From Candidatus Omnitrophota bacterium (GTDB lineage: Bacteria > Omnitrophota > Gorgyraeia > Zapsychrales > Fredricksoniimonadaceae), in assembly GCA_028870995.1 (NCBI GenBank), contig JAGWOI010000010.1, forward strand, positions 1,775 to 65,774: 64,000 nucleotides of DNA, given 5' to 3'. The notes below the pieces were generated by a model. The model worked only from the letters and a program-made list of their open reading frames with translations, did no database searches and had not been told where the DNA came from. Made by a program: the position numbers and the translations under genes. Below, in pieces: positions 48,370 to 56,801 of the stretch (positions are counted from its first letter, which is position 1; every line of letters starts with the position of its first letter).

Positions 48370-49659
48370 ATGTCTACCAAGTTAAAGAATAAGATCCTTC
48401 AACAGAAGGCCAGGGTGGCGGTGATCGGCTTAGGGTATGTCGGTTTGCCGCTGGCACTGGCTTTTGCCGAAAAGGGATTCAAGGTATGGGGCATCGATAC
48501 TGACCAGGACAGGGTGTCCCGTATCCAGGCCAAAAAGAGCTACATCACCGACGTGCCCAGTTCCTTCATGGCCCGCCTGGTTGACAAGAAGACCTTTGAG
48601 GCTACGACGGATTTTGACGCGTTGGCCCAGGCGGATGTAGTCATCATCTGTGTGCCCACCCCTTTGAAGCGTAAATACACTCCCGATATTTCCTATATTG
48701 TCAGCGCCGTCAGGAGCCTGGCCAAACATGTGCATAAGGACATGCTGGTCGTTTTGGAAAGCACCACCTATCCAGGCACGACGGAGGAGCTGATCAAGCC
48801 GGAATTGGAGAAAAGCGGCTTGAAGGTGGGCCGGGATTTTTATGTGGCTTTTTCCCCGGAGCGCATCGATCCGGGCAATAAGAATTTTGATGTGACACGG
48901 ATCCCCAAGGTGGTGGGAGGTTTGACAGACACCTGCACGGAATTGTCCGCGTTGCTTTACGGCCAGGCCATTAAACACGTTCACAAAGTCTCTACCGCCA
49001 AGGCCGCGGAGATGACCAAACTTCTGGAAAATTCTTTCCGCATCGTCAATATCGGATGGATCAATGAGATCGCCCGGATGTGCCATGCCATGGGGGTTAA
49101 TGTTTGGGAAGTGATCGATGCCGCCAAGACCAAGCCTTTCGGCTTCATGCCGTTTTATCCCGGCCTGGGCGTGGGCGGGCATTGCATCCCCGAGGATCCG
49201 TTGTACCTCTACTGGAAAGCCAAGCACCATGATTTCAGCTGTAAATTCATCAAGCTTGCGGCGGACACCAACCATGATATGCCGGCCTATGCGGTGGACC
49301 GCCTGAAGAAAATGGTGGCCAAGCCTTTAAAGAACGCCAAGGTCCTGGTATTGGGCGTGACGTATAAAAAGGACGTAAAAGATTTAAGAAAATCGCCGGC
49401 CATCAGGCTTATCGAACTGCTGAAAAAACAGACCAAGGTGGATTATTATGATCCCTTGATCCCGTTCCTTAAAATAGACGGGATAGACCTCAAAGCCATC
49501 GCATTGACCCCGGCCAAAATCAAAAGTTACGATGCGGTGATCGTTGCCGTTGACCATACGGCCGTTGATTACGACCTCATCTACAAGAATGCCCGCCGGA
49601 TCTTTGATACACGCAACATATATAAGGAAAAGAGGGACAAGAAGGTTGTTAAGCTATGA
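48370..49659 (+). CDS. UDP-sugar 6-dehydrogenase (WbpA/WecC-like UDP-GlcNAc/ManNAc dehydrogenase)
   Basis: 'VAVIGLGYVGLPLALAFAEKGFKVWGID' NAD fold. Catalytic 'GGHCIPEDP'. ~429 aa. Confidence 0.85.
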   Translation: MSTKLKNKILQQKARVAVIGLGYVGLPLALAFAEKGFKVWGIDTDQDRVSRIQAKKSYITDVPSSFMARLVDKKTFEATTDFDALAQADVVIICVPTPLKRKYTPDISYIVSAVRSLAKHVHKDMLVVLESTTYPGTTEELIKPELEKSGLKVGRDFYVAFSPERIDPGNKNFDVTRIPKVVGGLTDTCTELSALLYGQAIKHVHKVSTAKAAEMTKLLENSFRIVNIGWINEIARMCHAMGVNVWEVIDAAKTKPFGFMPFYPGLGVGGHCIPEDPLYLYWKAKHHDFSCKFIKLAADTNHDMPAYAVDRLKKMVAKPLKNAKVLVLGVTYKKDVKDLRKSPAIRLIELLKKQTKVDYYDPLIPFLKIDGIDLKAIALTPAKIKSYDAVIVAVDHTAVDYDLIYKNARRIFDTRNIYKEKRDKKVVKL

Positions 49660-50036
49660 ACCTTAAGGCCATGAGGAATGCCCACCTGTACCTGGGCGTT
49701 TTTTTTGCACCCCTGCTCCTTTTTTTTCTTATCAGCGGCACGTGGCAAACCTTCGGTCTGCACGAAGCCTCCAAGGATGGCAGCTATAAGCCGCCGGCTA
49801 TCATTAAGTCTCTTTCCCAGGTGCACAAAAATCAGCGCTGGGTGGACGGCCACAAGGTGCCCAAACCTTCAGTGCCTTTCCGGTATTTGGTCCTTTTAAT
49901 GTCTTTAGGGATGATAGCCACCACGATTTTAGGCATTCTCATGGCCTTCAAATACAATCAGGCCCGGATCGTCTGGGTTTGTTTGTCCGTCGGGACAGCC
50001 CTTCCAATCCTTTTATTATGGCTTGCACGTCAGTAG
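49656..50036 (+). CDS. Small membrane protein (PepSY-TM-like 'HxYxG' motif), hypothetical
   Basis: 'AHLYLGVFFAPLLLFFLISG'. ATGA overlap with the upstream dehydrogenase. Confidence 0.4.
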   Translation: MNLKAMRNAHLYLGVFFAPLLLFFLISGTWQTFGLHEASKDGSYKPPAIIKSLSQVHKNQRWVDGHKVPKPSVPFRYLVLLMSLGMIATTILGILMAFKYNQARIVWVCLSVGTALPILLLWLARQ

Positions 50037-50053
50037 GGCTTGGAAAATTTCCA

Positions 50054-50081
50054 TTGACAAATTAAGGGTATTATCTAAAAT
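50054..50081 (+). promoter_or_regulatory. Near-consensus sigma70 promoter (TTGACA-16-TAAAAT)
   Basis: TTGACA at 50054-50059, a 16-nt spacer, TAAAAT at 50076-50081. Confidence 0.5.
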
Positions 50082-50100
50082 AAGTCATTAATTGACTTAT
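50080..50100 (+). promoter_or_regulatory. Inverted-repeat operator candidate ATAAGTCA-N5-TGACTTAT overlapping the -10 and +1
   Basis: Perfect 8-bp arms separated by TTAAT. The position is typical for a repressor site. Confidence 0.45.
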
Positions 50101-50120
50101 TTGAAGCTTGTTTTTTTATA

Positions 50121-50147
50121 GCTGTTCTTTCAGGGAACGGCTTTTTT
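50121..50147 (+). terminator. Intrinsic terminator / attenuator in the leader upstream of the cupredoxin-OMP-NRAMP-like cluster
   Basis: Stem GCTGTTC / GAACGGC (one G-U), a 7-nt loop, then T6. Located ~70 nt downstream of the promoter and ~70 nt upstream of the next ATG. Confidence 0.45.
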
Positions 50148-50219
50148 AAATCCTACAAATAAGTCGAACAAAGACGTATATAGCCGAAAAGCTTGATTCT
50201 TAGTCAGGGAGAGAAATAT

Positions 50220-50564
50220 ATGTATAAACGACTTATTTTTTGTTTGATAGGAGGACTTAGCCTGGCGCTGCCGTGCCTGGCCCAAGATCAGCCTCTTGCG
50301 CCTATTGCCCCCAACACGATTGTCATCAAGAACCATCAATTCATCCCGCCGCAATTAACCGTCCCTGCCGGAAAAAAACTGGAAATCACCATCGATAATC
50401 AAGATCCCACTGCCGAAGAATTCGAAAGTTTTGACCTGGACCGCGAGCAGGTGGTGAGAGGGCATAAGCAGATCACGGTTTATATCGGCCCCTTAAAGCC
50501 CGGCAAATACGGCTACTGGGCGGATTATCATCAGGATTCCAAGGGCATCATTGTCGCTCAATAG
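50220..50564 (+). CDS. Secreted cupredoxin-fold protein (EfeO N-terminal domain-like)
   Basis: Signal peptide 'MYKRLIFCLIGGLSLALPCLA'. 'NHQFIPPQLTVPAGKKLEITIDNQD' beta-sandwich pattern. RBS AGGGAGAG. Confidence 0.5.
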   Translation: MYKRLIFCLIGGLSLALPCLAQDQPLAPIAPNTIVIKNHQFIPPQLTVPAGKKLEITIDNQDPTAEEFESFDLDREQVVRGHKQITVYIGPLKPGKYGYWADYHQDSKGIIVAQ

Positions 50565-50583
50565 ATTTTAGAAAGGCAATTAA

Positions 50584-51333
50584 GTGAAATTTAGAATCGC
50601 AGCAAGCATCGCCCTTATTTCTGCCGTTGTTTTAGTCCGTCCTGCTTTGGCCGAGAAGCTTGTCTATGAGCCTTACGCGGAAACCGGGGAGTGGGAATAT
50701 GAAAGCACGGGGCAGTATGATTTCGATCACGCGAAAAATAAGAATGCCGTTCAAGAATACAAAAACACGATCGGGTATGGCGTGAATAGTTTTTGGCATA
50801 CCGAGTTCGAAGTTGAGATGGAAAGGGAGCCGACTGATGAGGGCATTACCCGCTTTAGGGCGACCCATCTGGAATGGGAGAATATTTTTCAGCTGGCGCC
50901 CAAGGGAAAATACTGGGTCGATCCCGGCATTTACCTGGCCTATGAGGCTCCAATTAAAGGTAAGGAAGTGGGCCAGTTCGAGGCCAAGCTGCTGTTGGAA
51001 AAATCCATTGCTAAATTCACCAATGTTTTGAATATCAGTTTTAATCAGCAAGTCAGCCAAGGCGCTTCTCCTTATACGGATGCCGGCGCATCCTGGAGCA
51101 CCAGATACCGCCTGTCACCTTATTTCCAGCCCGGCTTTGAGTATTGGAATGATTTTAGTGAAATGAACAGCCATTTAACATATAATCTACAAAGCCATCA
51201 GGCCGGCCCTTGCTTTTATGGGCGTATAGGCCTTGGTAGGCGCCATCTTAAGTACAATATCGGTTATTTGTTCGGGATCTCCCAAGCGGCCCCTCAAGGG
51301 GAGTTGAAATGGGTCGTTGAGTACGAATTCTAA
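50584..51333 (+). CDS. Putative outer-membrane beta-barrel protein
   Basis: Signal peptide 'ISAVVLVRPALA'. Alternating amphipathic strands. C-terminal '...KWVVEYEF' aromatic terminus. Confidence 0.5.
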   Translation: MKFRIAASIALISAVVLVRPALAEKLVYEPYAETGEWEYESTGQYDFDHAKNKNAVQEYKNTIGYGVNSFWHTEFEVEMEREPTDEGITRFRATHLEWENIFQLAPKGKYWVDPGIYLAYEAPIKGKEVGQFEAKLLLEKSIAKFTNVLNISFNQQVSQGASPYTDAGASWSTRYRLSPYFQPGFEYWNDFSEMNSHLTYNLQSHQAGPCFYGRIGLGRRHLKYNIGYLFGISQAAPQGELKWVVEYEF

Positions 51334-52531
51334 TATGATGAAACGTTTAAGACATAGGATGGGCCAGATCTTCCAAACCTGGGGCCCGGCGTGGCTGGTC
51401 ATGATCGCCGACGTGGATGCGGCCAGCGCCATCACCGCGGCCGACAGTGGGGCGCAGTACGGCACCAAGCTTGTCTGGTTTATCATGCTTTTGGTCATTC
51501 CTTTGTTTGTGATCCAGGAAGTGGCGGGGCGTGTGGGGGTTGTCACGGGCAAGGGCTTGGGAGAGCTCATCCGGGAGAATTACCAAAGGCGCGTTGCGGT
51601 GTTTTGCGCCATTCCCATGGCGTTGGTTGACATCATCAGCTATGTGGTTGAGTATACCGGTATCGCCATTGGTTTTCAGATGATGGGTGTTTCCAGGTTT
51701 ATCTCCGTGCCGCTGGCTTTTATGGCCCATGTGCTGGTGGTTTATAACAAAAAATACGCCGAAGCGGAAAAGCCGCTGCTCATTCTTTCTGTTCTTTTTT
51801 CAGCGGTATGGGTGGTTGCTGCGTTTTTGACCGCGCGCAACGGCATCGAAGTAACACCTTTCTATTTTTCCAAATCTCCTGATTTTATTTTCATGCTGGC
51901 GGCCAACATCGGCGCCGTTATCATGCCTTTCATGCTATTCTATCAAGTCTCCGCCACCGCCGAGAAGGGGACGCAGCGCAGCAGTGTCTGGGCCGTGCGG
52001 TTTGAAACCCTGGTGGGGGCTATCTTTTCCGAATTGATCATGGTGGCGATTGCGGTATCAGCCATCGGCATTAATGTGGACAATTTGAATTTCACTTCGC
52101 CCAAGGTGCTGTCTCAAAGCCTTTCGACTGTAGCCGGGCATTTTGCGCCGTATGTTTTCGGGGTGGGCCTTATCGCCGCCTCATTTATTGCACTTATTGT
52201 CATTTCGCTCGGCAGCTGCTGGGGCGTGACTGAGGCCGTCGGGTGGGGGAGAAAACATTGGTTTAAGGTATATCTTCTTGAGTCCATTCCAGCTGTCATC
52301 ATCCCGCTGTTTTCCTTTAATCTCATCAAACTTGCCCTTAACCTGATGGTGCTGCAGATCGTGGTCTTGATCGCTCCTGCCATTATATTAGGAATGCTCG
52401 CCTCGAATAAGAAGCTCATGGGCGACCTCGTCCTGAATCCCGCCAATAAGTTCGTGTACTGGACCTTCATCGTCTTGATCTTCGCCACCGGCATTATCAG
52501 CATGCTGCCCTTTTTTGGGGTGAAGTTGTAA
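51317..52531 (+). CDS. Divergent NRAMP-related metal ion transporter
   Basis: 'GPAWLVMIADVDAASAITAADSGAQYGTKLVWFIMLLVIPL' aligns with the NRAMP TM1 region, with DPGN replaced by DVDA. 11 TM. An alternative start at 51335 is possible. Confidence 0.55.
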   Translation: MSTNSNMMKRLRHRMGQIFQTWGPAWLVMIADVDAASAITAADSGAQYGTKLVWFIMLLVIPLFVIQEVAGRVGVVTGKGLGELIRENYQRRVAVFCAIPMALVDIISYVVEYTGIAIGFQMMGVSRFISVPLAFMAHVLVVYNKKYAEAEKPLLILSVLFSAVWVVAAFLTARNGIEVTPFYFSKSPDFIFMLAANIGAVIMPFMLFYQVSATAEKGTQRSSVWAVRFETLVGAIFSELIMVAIAVSAIGINVDNLNFTSPKVLSQSLSTVAGHFAPYVFGVGLIAASFIALIVISLGSCWGVTEAVGWGRKHWFKVYLLESIPAVIIPLFSFNLIKLALNLMVLQIVVLIAPAIILGMLASNKKLMGDLVLNPANKFVYWTFIVLIFATGIISMLPFFGVKL

Positions 52532-52553
52532 AAACCCCAGAAATTTTTTTTGT
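52507..52553 (+). terminator. Possible weak intrinsic terminator after the NRAMP-related gene
   Basis: TGGGGT / ACCCCA stem with a 12-nt loop. The T8 run is offset by GAAA. Confidence 0.25.
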
Positions 52554-52584
52554 TCTGACTATTGATTATTAATCAAAATAATAT

Positions 52585-52613
52585 TTGACAAATTATGAAA
52601 TGTGTGACATACT
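52585..52613 (+). promoter_or_regulatory. Candidate promoter for the pilus/secretion operon (TTGACA-17-CATACT)
   Basis: TTGACA at 52585-52590 and CATACT at 52608-52613. A TTGATTA-T-TAATCAA palindrome lies just upstream at 52562-52576. Confidence 0.35.
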
Positions 52614-52658
52614 GCATCCGCTTCAAAAAATCCCCCCAGAAAAGTTTCGAGGCCAATC

Positions 52659-54473
52659 ATGAAAAAAATCTTTCTCTTTTTGCTGTTTGCCTGTTTTATG
52701 TCTTCAGCAAGGGCAGAAATCAAAGATTACGTTTATGACGGTAAGGAAATTTATCTACACGTCAAAAGAGACCATGTGACAACGGTAGTCTTTCCTGAAC
52801 CTGTTACCAGCGTAGTCAGGGGATTCGGCGCCGACACCTACGTTGTTCGGCATAACGATAAGAATCCCAATGTGTTGGAATTGATGCCAACGGCCAATGA
52901 AGTGGCCGAGATGACGGTAAGCGGCATGTCTGGAGAGGACTACGTCTTAAGATGTGTGGCCAATGACAATTTTTATACAAAGATGGTTATCCAAAGGCTT
53001 GCGGTGTCTGTGGGGAAGGATGAGGATAAGGTCATTGCCGTTAAGATGGATACCTTGCCAGAATCAACGGTAGAAAGAAAGGAAACTCATTCTAAGGTTC
53101 CTACGGAAAAAATCATTTTAGCGCCGGTGAGCGTCCTGCCTCCGCAACTGAACGCGAAGATCACACTGAAAGGTAATGACTTGCCTCTTAAAATTTATTT
53201 CTCCACCATCTCCCAAGTTACCGGTTACAACATTATCACTTCTTCTGATATCGATTCCCAAAAGACCTCCATAAATCTCGAGAACATCGAGGTTTGGAGG
53301 GCCTTAAAAAGCCTGCTTTATAAATTTGGATATGGTTTCAAAGTCTCGCAAGACGATTTGATTATCACTGAGACGGAGACCAGGATTTTTAATATCAATA
53401 TGCCGGCCGTGGACCAATCTTTTACTGATGAGACCTCCAATCAATCTTACACAAGCAGCGAAAATAATAATTATGCGGGATCCACCAATCAAAATAACCA
53501 AGATATTAAGGTAGGAACAAAGATTTATTACGAGAATGCTTCCCCTAAACTTTCTTTATGGAGCGACCTGGAAAACAACATTAAATCCCTGATCACGCCA
53601 AAAATTGGAAGTTATTCCATAAATAAAGTAAGCGGTTCAATCATTGTTACGGACAAGCCTGCTGTTTTAGACAAAATAAACGAGCTTGTTTCCACCATTA
53701 ATGAGAATTTGGGGAGGCAGCAGAGCTTTGAAATACAAATCATCGAGGTGACCCTTTCTGCCAATCACGAGTCCGGTATTGATTGGAATGTCATTGGCAG
53801 GAGTTTGGCAGGCTTGAACAACATTACGGCTTCCACAAACTTCAACGCCTCGGGATTCTTGAGCGGACAATTATTGACTTTGTCAGCCACCGGACCTGAT
53901 GCCGGGAGCGGGACAAGCAGGGGGGGTGTGTCCTTGATGCTCAAGGCTCTCGATGCCATGGGGAACGTCAATGTTATAAGTAAGCCGTCGATCACCGTGT
54001 CAAATATGTTCCCCGCTGTTATACAAGAAGTGACCAGTATCCCTTATATAAGCGGGACTGGACAGACTATAGGCAATAACATCGCCCAATCCAATGTCGT
54101 CACCTCCCAGGTTTCCGATGGTCTCACCATGAGATTAGAGGCTAAGATTGAAGATAAAAAAACTGTCTTGAACATATCTGCCGCCTTAAACACCCTTGAT
54201 TCCTTGATCAATGTGCCCGCTGGTAACGGCTTAACCATCCAAGAACCCCAGGTATCAACTAAAAGCATCACCACCAATGTGGGCATAGAGCCCGGGAAAA
54301 CCTTGATTCTTGGGGGGCTTATCAGTGGTACGAGAAAAAATTCCAGGCAGGGGGTACCCTTTCTGGATCGAATTCCTGTTTTGGGTAATATTTTTCAGTT
54401 TCAATCAAAATCCAATCAAAGAACAGAGCTGGTCATCTTAATCACCCCTAAAAATATCATCAAAAATATATGA
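52659..54473 (+). CDS. pilQ: Secretin (type IV pilus PilQ / T2SS GspD family)
   Basis: Signal peptide and N-domains. C-terminal secretin domain 'GKTLILGGLISGTRKNSRQGVPFLDRIPVLGNIFQFQSKSNQRTELVILITPKNI'. Confidence 0.85.
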   Translation: MKKIFLFLLFACFMSSARAEIKDYVYDGKEIYLHVKRDHVTTVVFPEPVTSVVRGFGADTYVVRHNDKNPNVLELMPTANEVAEMTVSGMSGEDYVLRCVANDNFYTKMVIQRLAVSVGKDEDKVIAVKMDTLPESTVERKETHSKVPTEKIILAPVSVLPPQLNAKITLKGNDLPLKIYFSTISQVTGYNIITSSDIDSQKTSINLENIEVWRALKSLLYKFGYGFKVSQDDLIITETETRIFNINMPAVDQSFTDETSNQSYTSSENNNYAGSTNQNNQDIKVGTKIYYENASPKLSLWSDLENNIKSLITPKIGSYSINKVSGSIIVTDKPAVLDKINELVSTINENLGRQQSFEIQIIEVTLSANHESGIDWNVIGRSLAGLNNITASTNFNASGFLSGQLLTLSATGPDAGSGTSRGGVSLMLKALDAMGNVNVISKPSITVSNMFPAVIQEVTSIPYISGTGQTIGNNIAQSNVVTSQVSDGLTMRLEAKIEDKKTVLNISAALNTLDSLINVPAGNGLTIQEPQVSTKSITTNVGIEPGKTLILGGLISGTRKNSRQGVPFLDRIPVLGNIFQFQSKSNQRTELVILITPKNIIKNI

Positions 54474-54520
54474 GTTATTTATTATTCAATAATGACGTTT
54501 ACCTAAGCGATGGCAACAGA

Positions 54521-55654
54521 ATGAACAAGGTCAAAAAGGAAGCAGGCTCCTTCCGCCAACTGTCTGAAGCCCACCTCTGCGTTGTCGATGCTGATATCCT
54601 TATTGCTTCGGCCTCTGAGAATGCCTTAGATAAAAAGGACAGTATTCTTGCCAAGAAATTCAGCGACAGCTATCAAGGTGAATACATCCTTCAAGATGAA
54701 AGAATAGATAACAATATTTTTCAGGTCATCGGCATAAAGACTGATAAGGTCAGAGAGGTTTATTCTTTATTATCTCATGATAAAATTGTCACCTTTGTGC
54801 CTTATGCCGTTGCTGCACGTAAACTGCTTTCCCAGCAGAGGTTCCCTGCGAATAAGGTGCTTGTTTTGCTTGATGACCTAGGTAGCGAAAAACTCATCAC
54901 TGTCTTTAAAGGCCTTAAATTCAGCCGGACACGGACGATAGTTCATGATAAGCCCGAGCAAATCCTGCCTGAAATTAAACGTTCGGTCATCAATTTCGAG
55001 AAGAAATTAGCTGAGCAGAAGGATAAAAATATAGAAGGATTAATCATTGTCACCAACAACAAAATCCTTGGAACGGAATTCAAGGAGATTGAAAAGGATT
55101 TGTCAGTGGAGATTGTCGATAGTGTTTGTTTCGGCTTGGAAGGCTTGAGGGCCGGAGGCTTTGTCCTCAAATATATCCTTCCTGAAGAAATTATCAAAAG
55201 GCGAAGAAGGCAGGAATCGCGGCAAAGAATGCAAAACCTTATCATATCTGTATCGCTTCTTGTTCCCGGCACGTTGTTCTTTTTTTACAATCGTGTCGCT
55301 TTAGGGGCGGCGCGGAACGCTTTCAAACAGGAAGAAGGACGTCAATGGGAGCTTGAAGAGGAATTAAACAAGCTCGATCCGTTCATTTACCGAAATATGC
55401 TTGAACGGCAAAAAAAGATCAACTATGCCCTTTATTTTTTAAATACCGTTAATTCACTGCCGGTCAGTTATGAAGTACATTCCTTTAGTTTTGAAAGGAG
55501 GGAGGATGGCCGTTTCGACTTAGAGGAGTACCTTTACTCACAACAGGATGGCTTGTTCGACCCTATTGTCCCCATCGGCCCTTTAAAAAGAGCCCGGATC
55601 AATGATTTCCTGGCACATAACAGAGCAGGAAAATATTTGAGGATAGAGTTATGA
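54521..55654 (+). CDS. Pilus assembly protein, PilM-like cytoplasmic domain fused to a PilN-like TM/periplasmic domain (hypothetical)
   Basis: ~250 aa cytoplasmic region, then TM 'LIISVSLLVPGTLFFFY', then a ~110 aa periplasmic domain. Position between the secretin and PilO-like genes. Assignment by architecture only. Confidence 0.4.
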   Translation: MNKVKKEAGSFRQLSEAHLCVVDADILIASASENALDKKDSILAKKFSDSYQGEYILQDERIDNNIFQVIGIKTDKVREVYSLLSHDKIVTFVPYAVAARKLLSQQRFPANKVLVLLDDLGSEKLITVFKGLKFSRTRTIVHDKPEQILPEIKRSVINFEKKLAEQKDKNIEGLIIVTNNKILGTEFKEIEKDLSVEIVDSVCFGLEGLRAGGFVLKYILPEEIIKRRRRQESRQRMQNLIISVSLLVPGTLFFFYNRVALGAARNAFKQEEGRQWELEEELNKLDPFIYRNMLERQKKINYALYFLNTVNSLPVSYEVHSFSFERREDGRFDLEEYLYSQQDGLFDPIVPIGPLKRARINDFLAHNRAGKYLRIEL

Positions 55655-56145
55655 ACAAAATGATGATTTTGGGCTCTTTTATTGTATCAATTTTGTTGAT
55701 TAATTCCGGTTTCGTATGCAGGAGCCAGGCCGAAAGTTTGGATAAACAAAAAGATCAACTTGACCGGGTTGTTAACGTCATGAGGCAAGAGTTAAGGGCA
55801 AAACGACAATGTGTCCCTACAGTTCCCGTTAATATTGGCGAATCTTTTAATTCATTTGTCAATTTTATGCGTATGCTGAAGAGTTATGACGGCATCGACA
55901 TGATGCTTGAGTTCGCTGTCAAGAATGGAAAAAACAGCCTCGAAGAACACTTGATTGATTCCGGTTTTAGAAATGTCAAGGCTCTGCCGGTTATCTTAAG
56001 AATCAATAAATCTTCTTTTCCGGCAGATCCGGCCTTTTTTCTAAATGATATTTATTTTTTAGAAAATCAGACCGATTTTAAGGTTGATGCAATTATTGCA
56101 GAAGATGGCTCTTGGATGATCAAAGGAGAGATCTATGGAATTTAA
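55651..56145 (+). CDS. PilO-like bitopic pilus assembly protein (hypothetical)
   Basis: N-terminal TM, coiled-coil 'LDKQKDQLDRVVNVMRQELRAK', periplasmic domain. ATGA overlap. Confidence 0.35.
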   Translation: MNKMMILGSFIVSILLINSGFVCRSQAESLDKQKDQLDRVVNVMRQELRAKRQCVPTVPVNIGESFNSFVNFMRMLKSYDGIDMMLEFAVKNGKNSLEEHLIDSGFRNVKALPVILRINKSSFPADPAFFLNDIYFLENQTDFKVDAIIAEDGSWMIKGEIYGI

Positions 56146-56720
56146 CGGCTTTAATATTAGAACAATCATCATCACCGTTGTAGCTGCCTGTCTGATGTGT
56201 CTCTTGACGGTCAGGATTCCTCATCAGAATGTCAATGCCTCGACAGGACCAATAACACCGACAATCATTCATGAAAACCATATCCCAATCGTGACCCAAC
56301 CGCAAGGGGGCGGTGATGTTGACCGTGATGGACAGATGAAAAGAATGAAAGAAGAGATGAGCATGGATAGACAGCAGTTAAGACGTATAAGGGTTCTTAA
56401 AATGAAGCGTGAAGAGACAGACCTGGAATTGGAAGAGCAAAAAGCATTGTCGGAGCTTAACAAACTTAAAATGGATAATCTTGCCTTGGATAATGGTGCC
56501 AATCCTGCGGATTCGTCCAACGTCAACATCAGGATAGAGTATTTGGGGGGGGCGGCAAACACCGGGAAGCTATTTTAGCCGTCAATGGGGTGGATTATAC
56601 GGTTAAGAAAAAAGACAAAGTCTTAAAGAATATGGAAGTTGAGTCCATTACCGATAATGAAGTCACCATTCATTTTTTGGAACCAAATTCAATGGTTACC
56701 TATCAATTTAAGTCTCAATA
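56135..56720 (+). pseudogene. PilP-like protein interrupted by a -1 frameshift at a G8 homopolymer (56545-56552)
   Basis: The N-terminal ORF 56135-56578 carries a TM and coiled coil. The +1 frame 56578-56720 encodes 'AVNGVDYTVKKKDKVLKNMEVESITDNEVTIHFLEP...', a PilP-like C-terminal beta-domain. One extra G would fuse the two. Confidence 0.45.
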
Positions 56721-56801
56721 ATGGCCGATTTCTAAAGGCATTAGAAAGTCTGATCTCTGAATCAGTGGAAAAGAAAGTGGAAAAGAAAGTGGAATATAAG
56801 G

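Noticed and set aside
48430-49275. 281-aa minus-strand ORF
   Set aside because: It is entirely antisense to the UDP-sugar dehydrogenase, which has unmistakable NAD-binding and catalytic Cys motifs.
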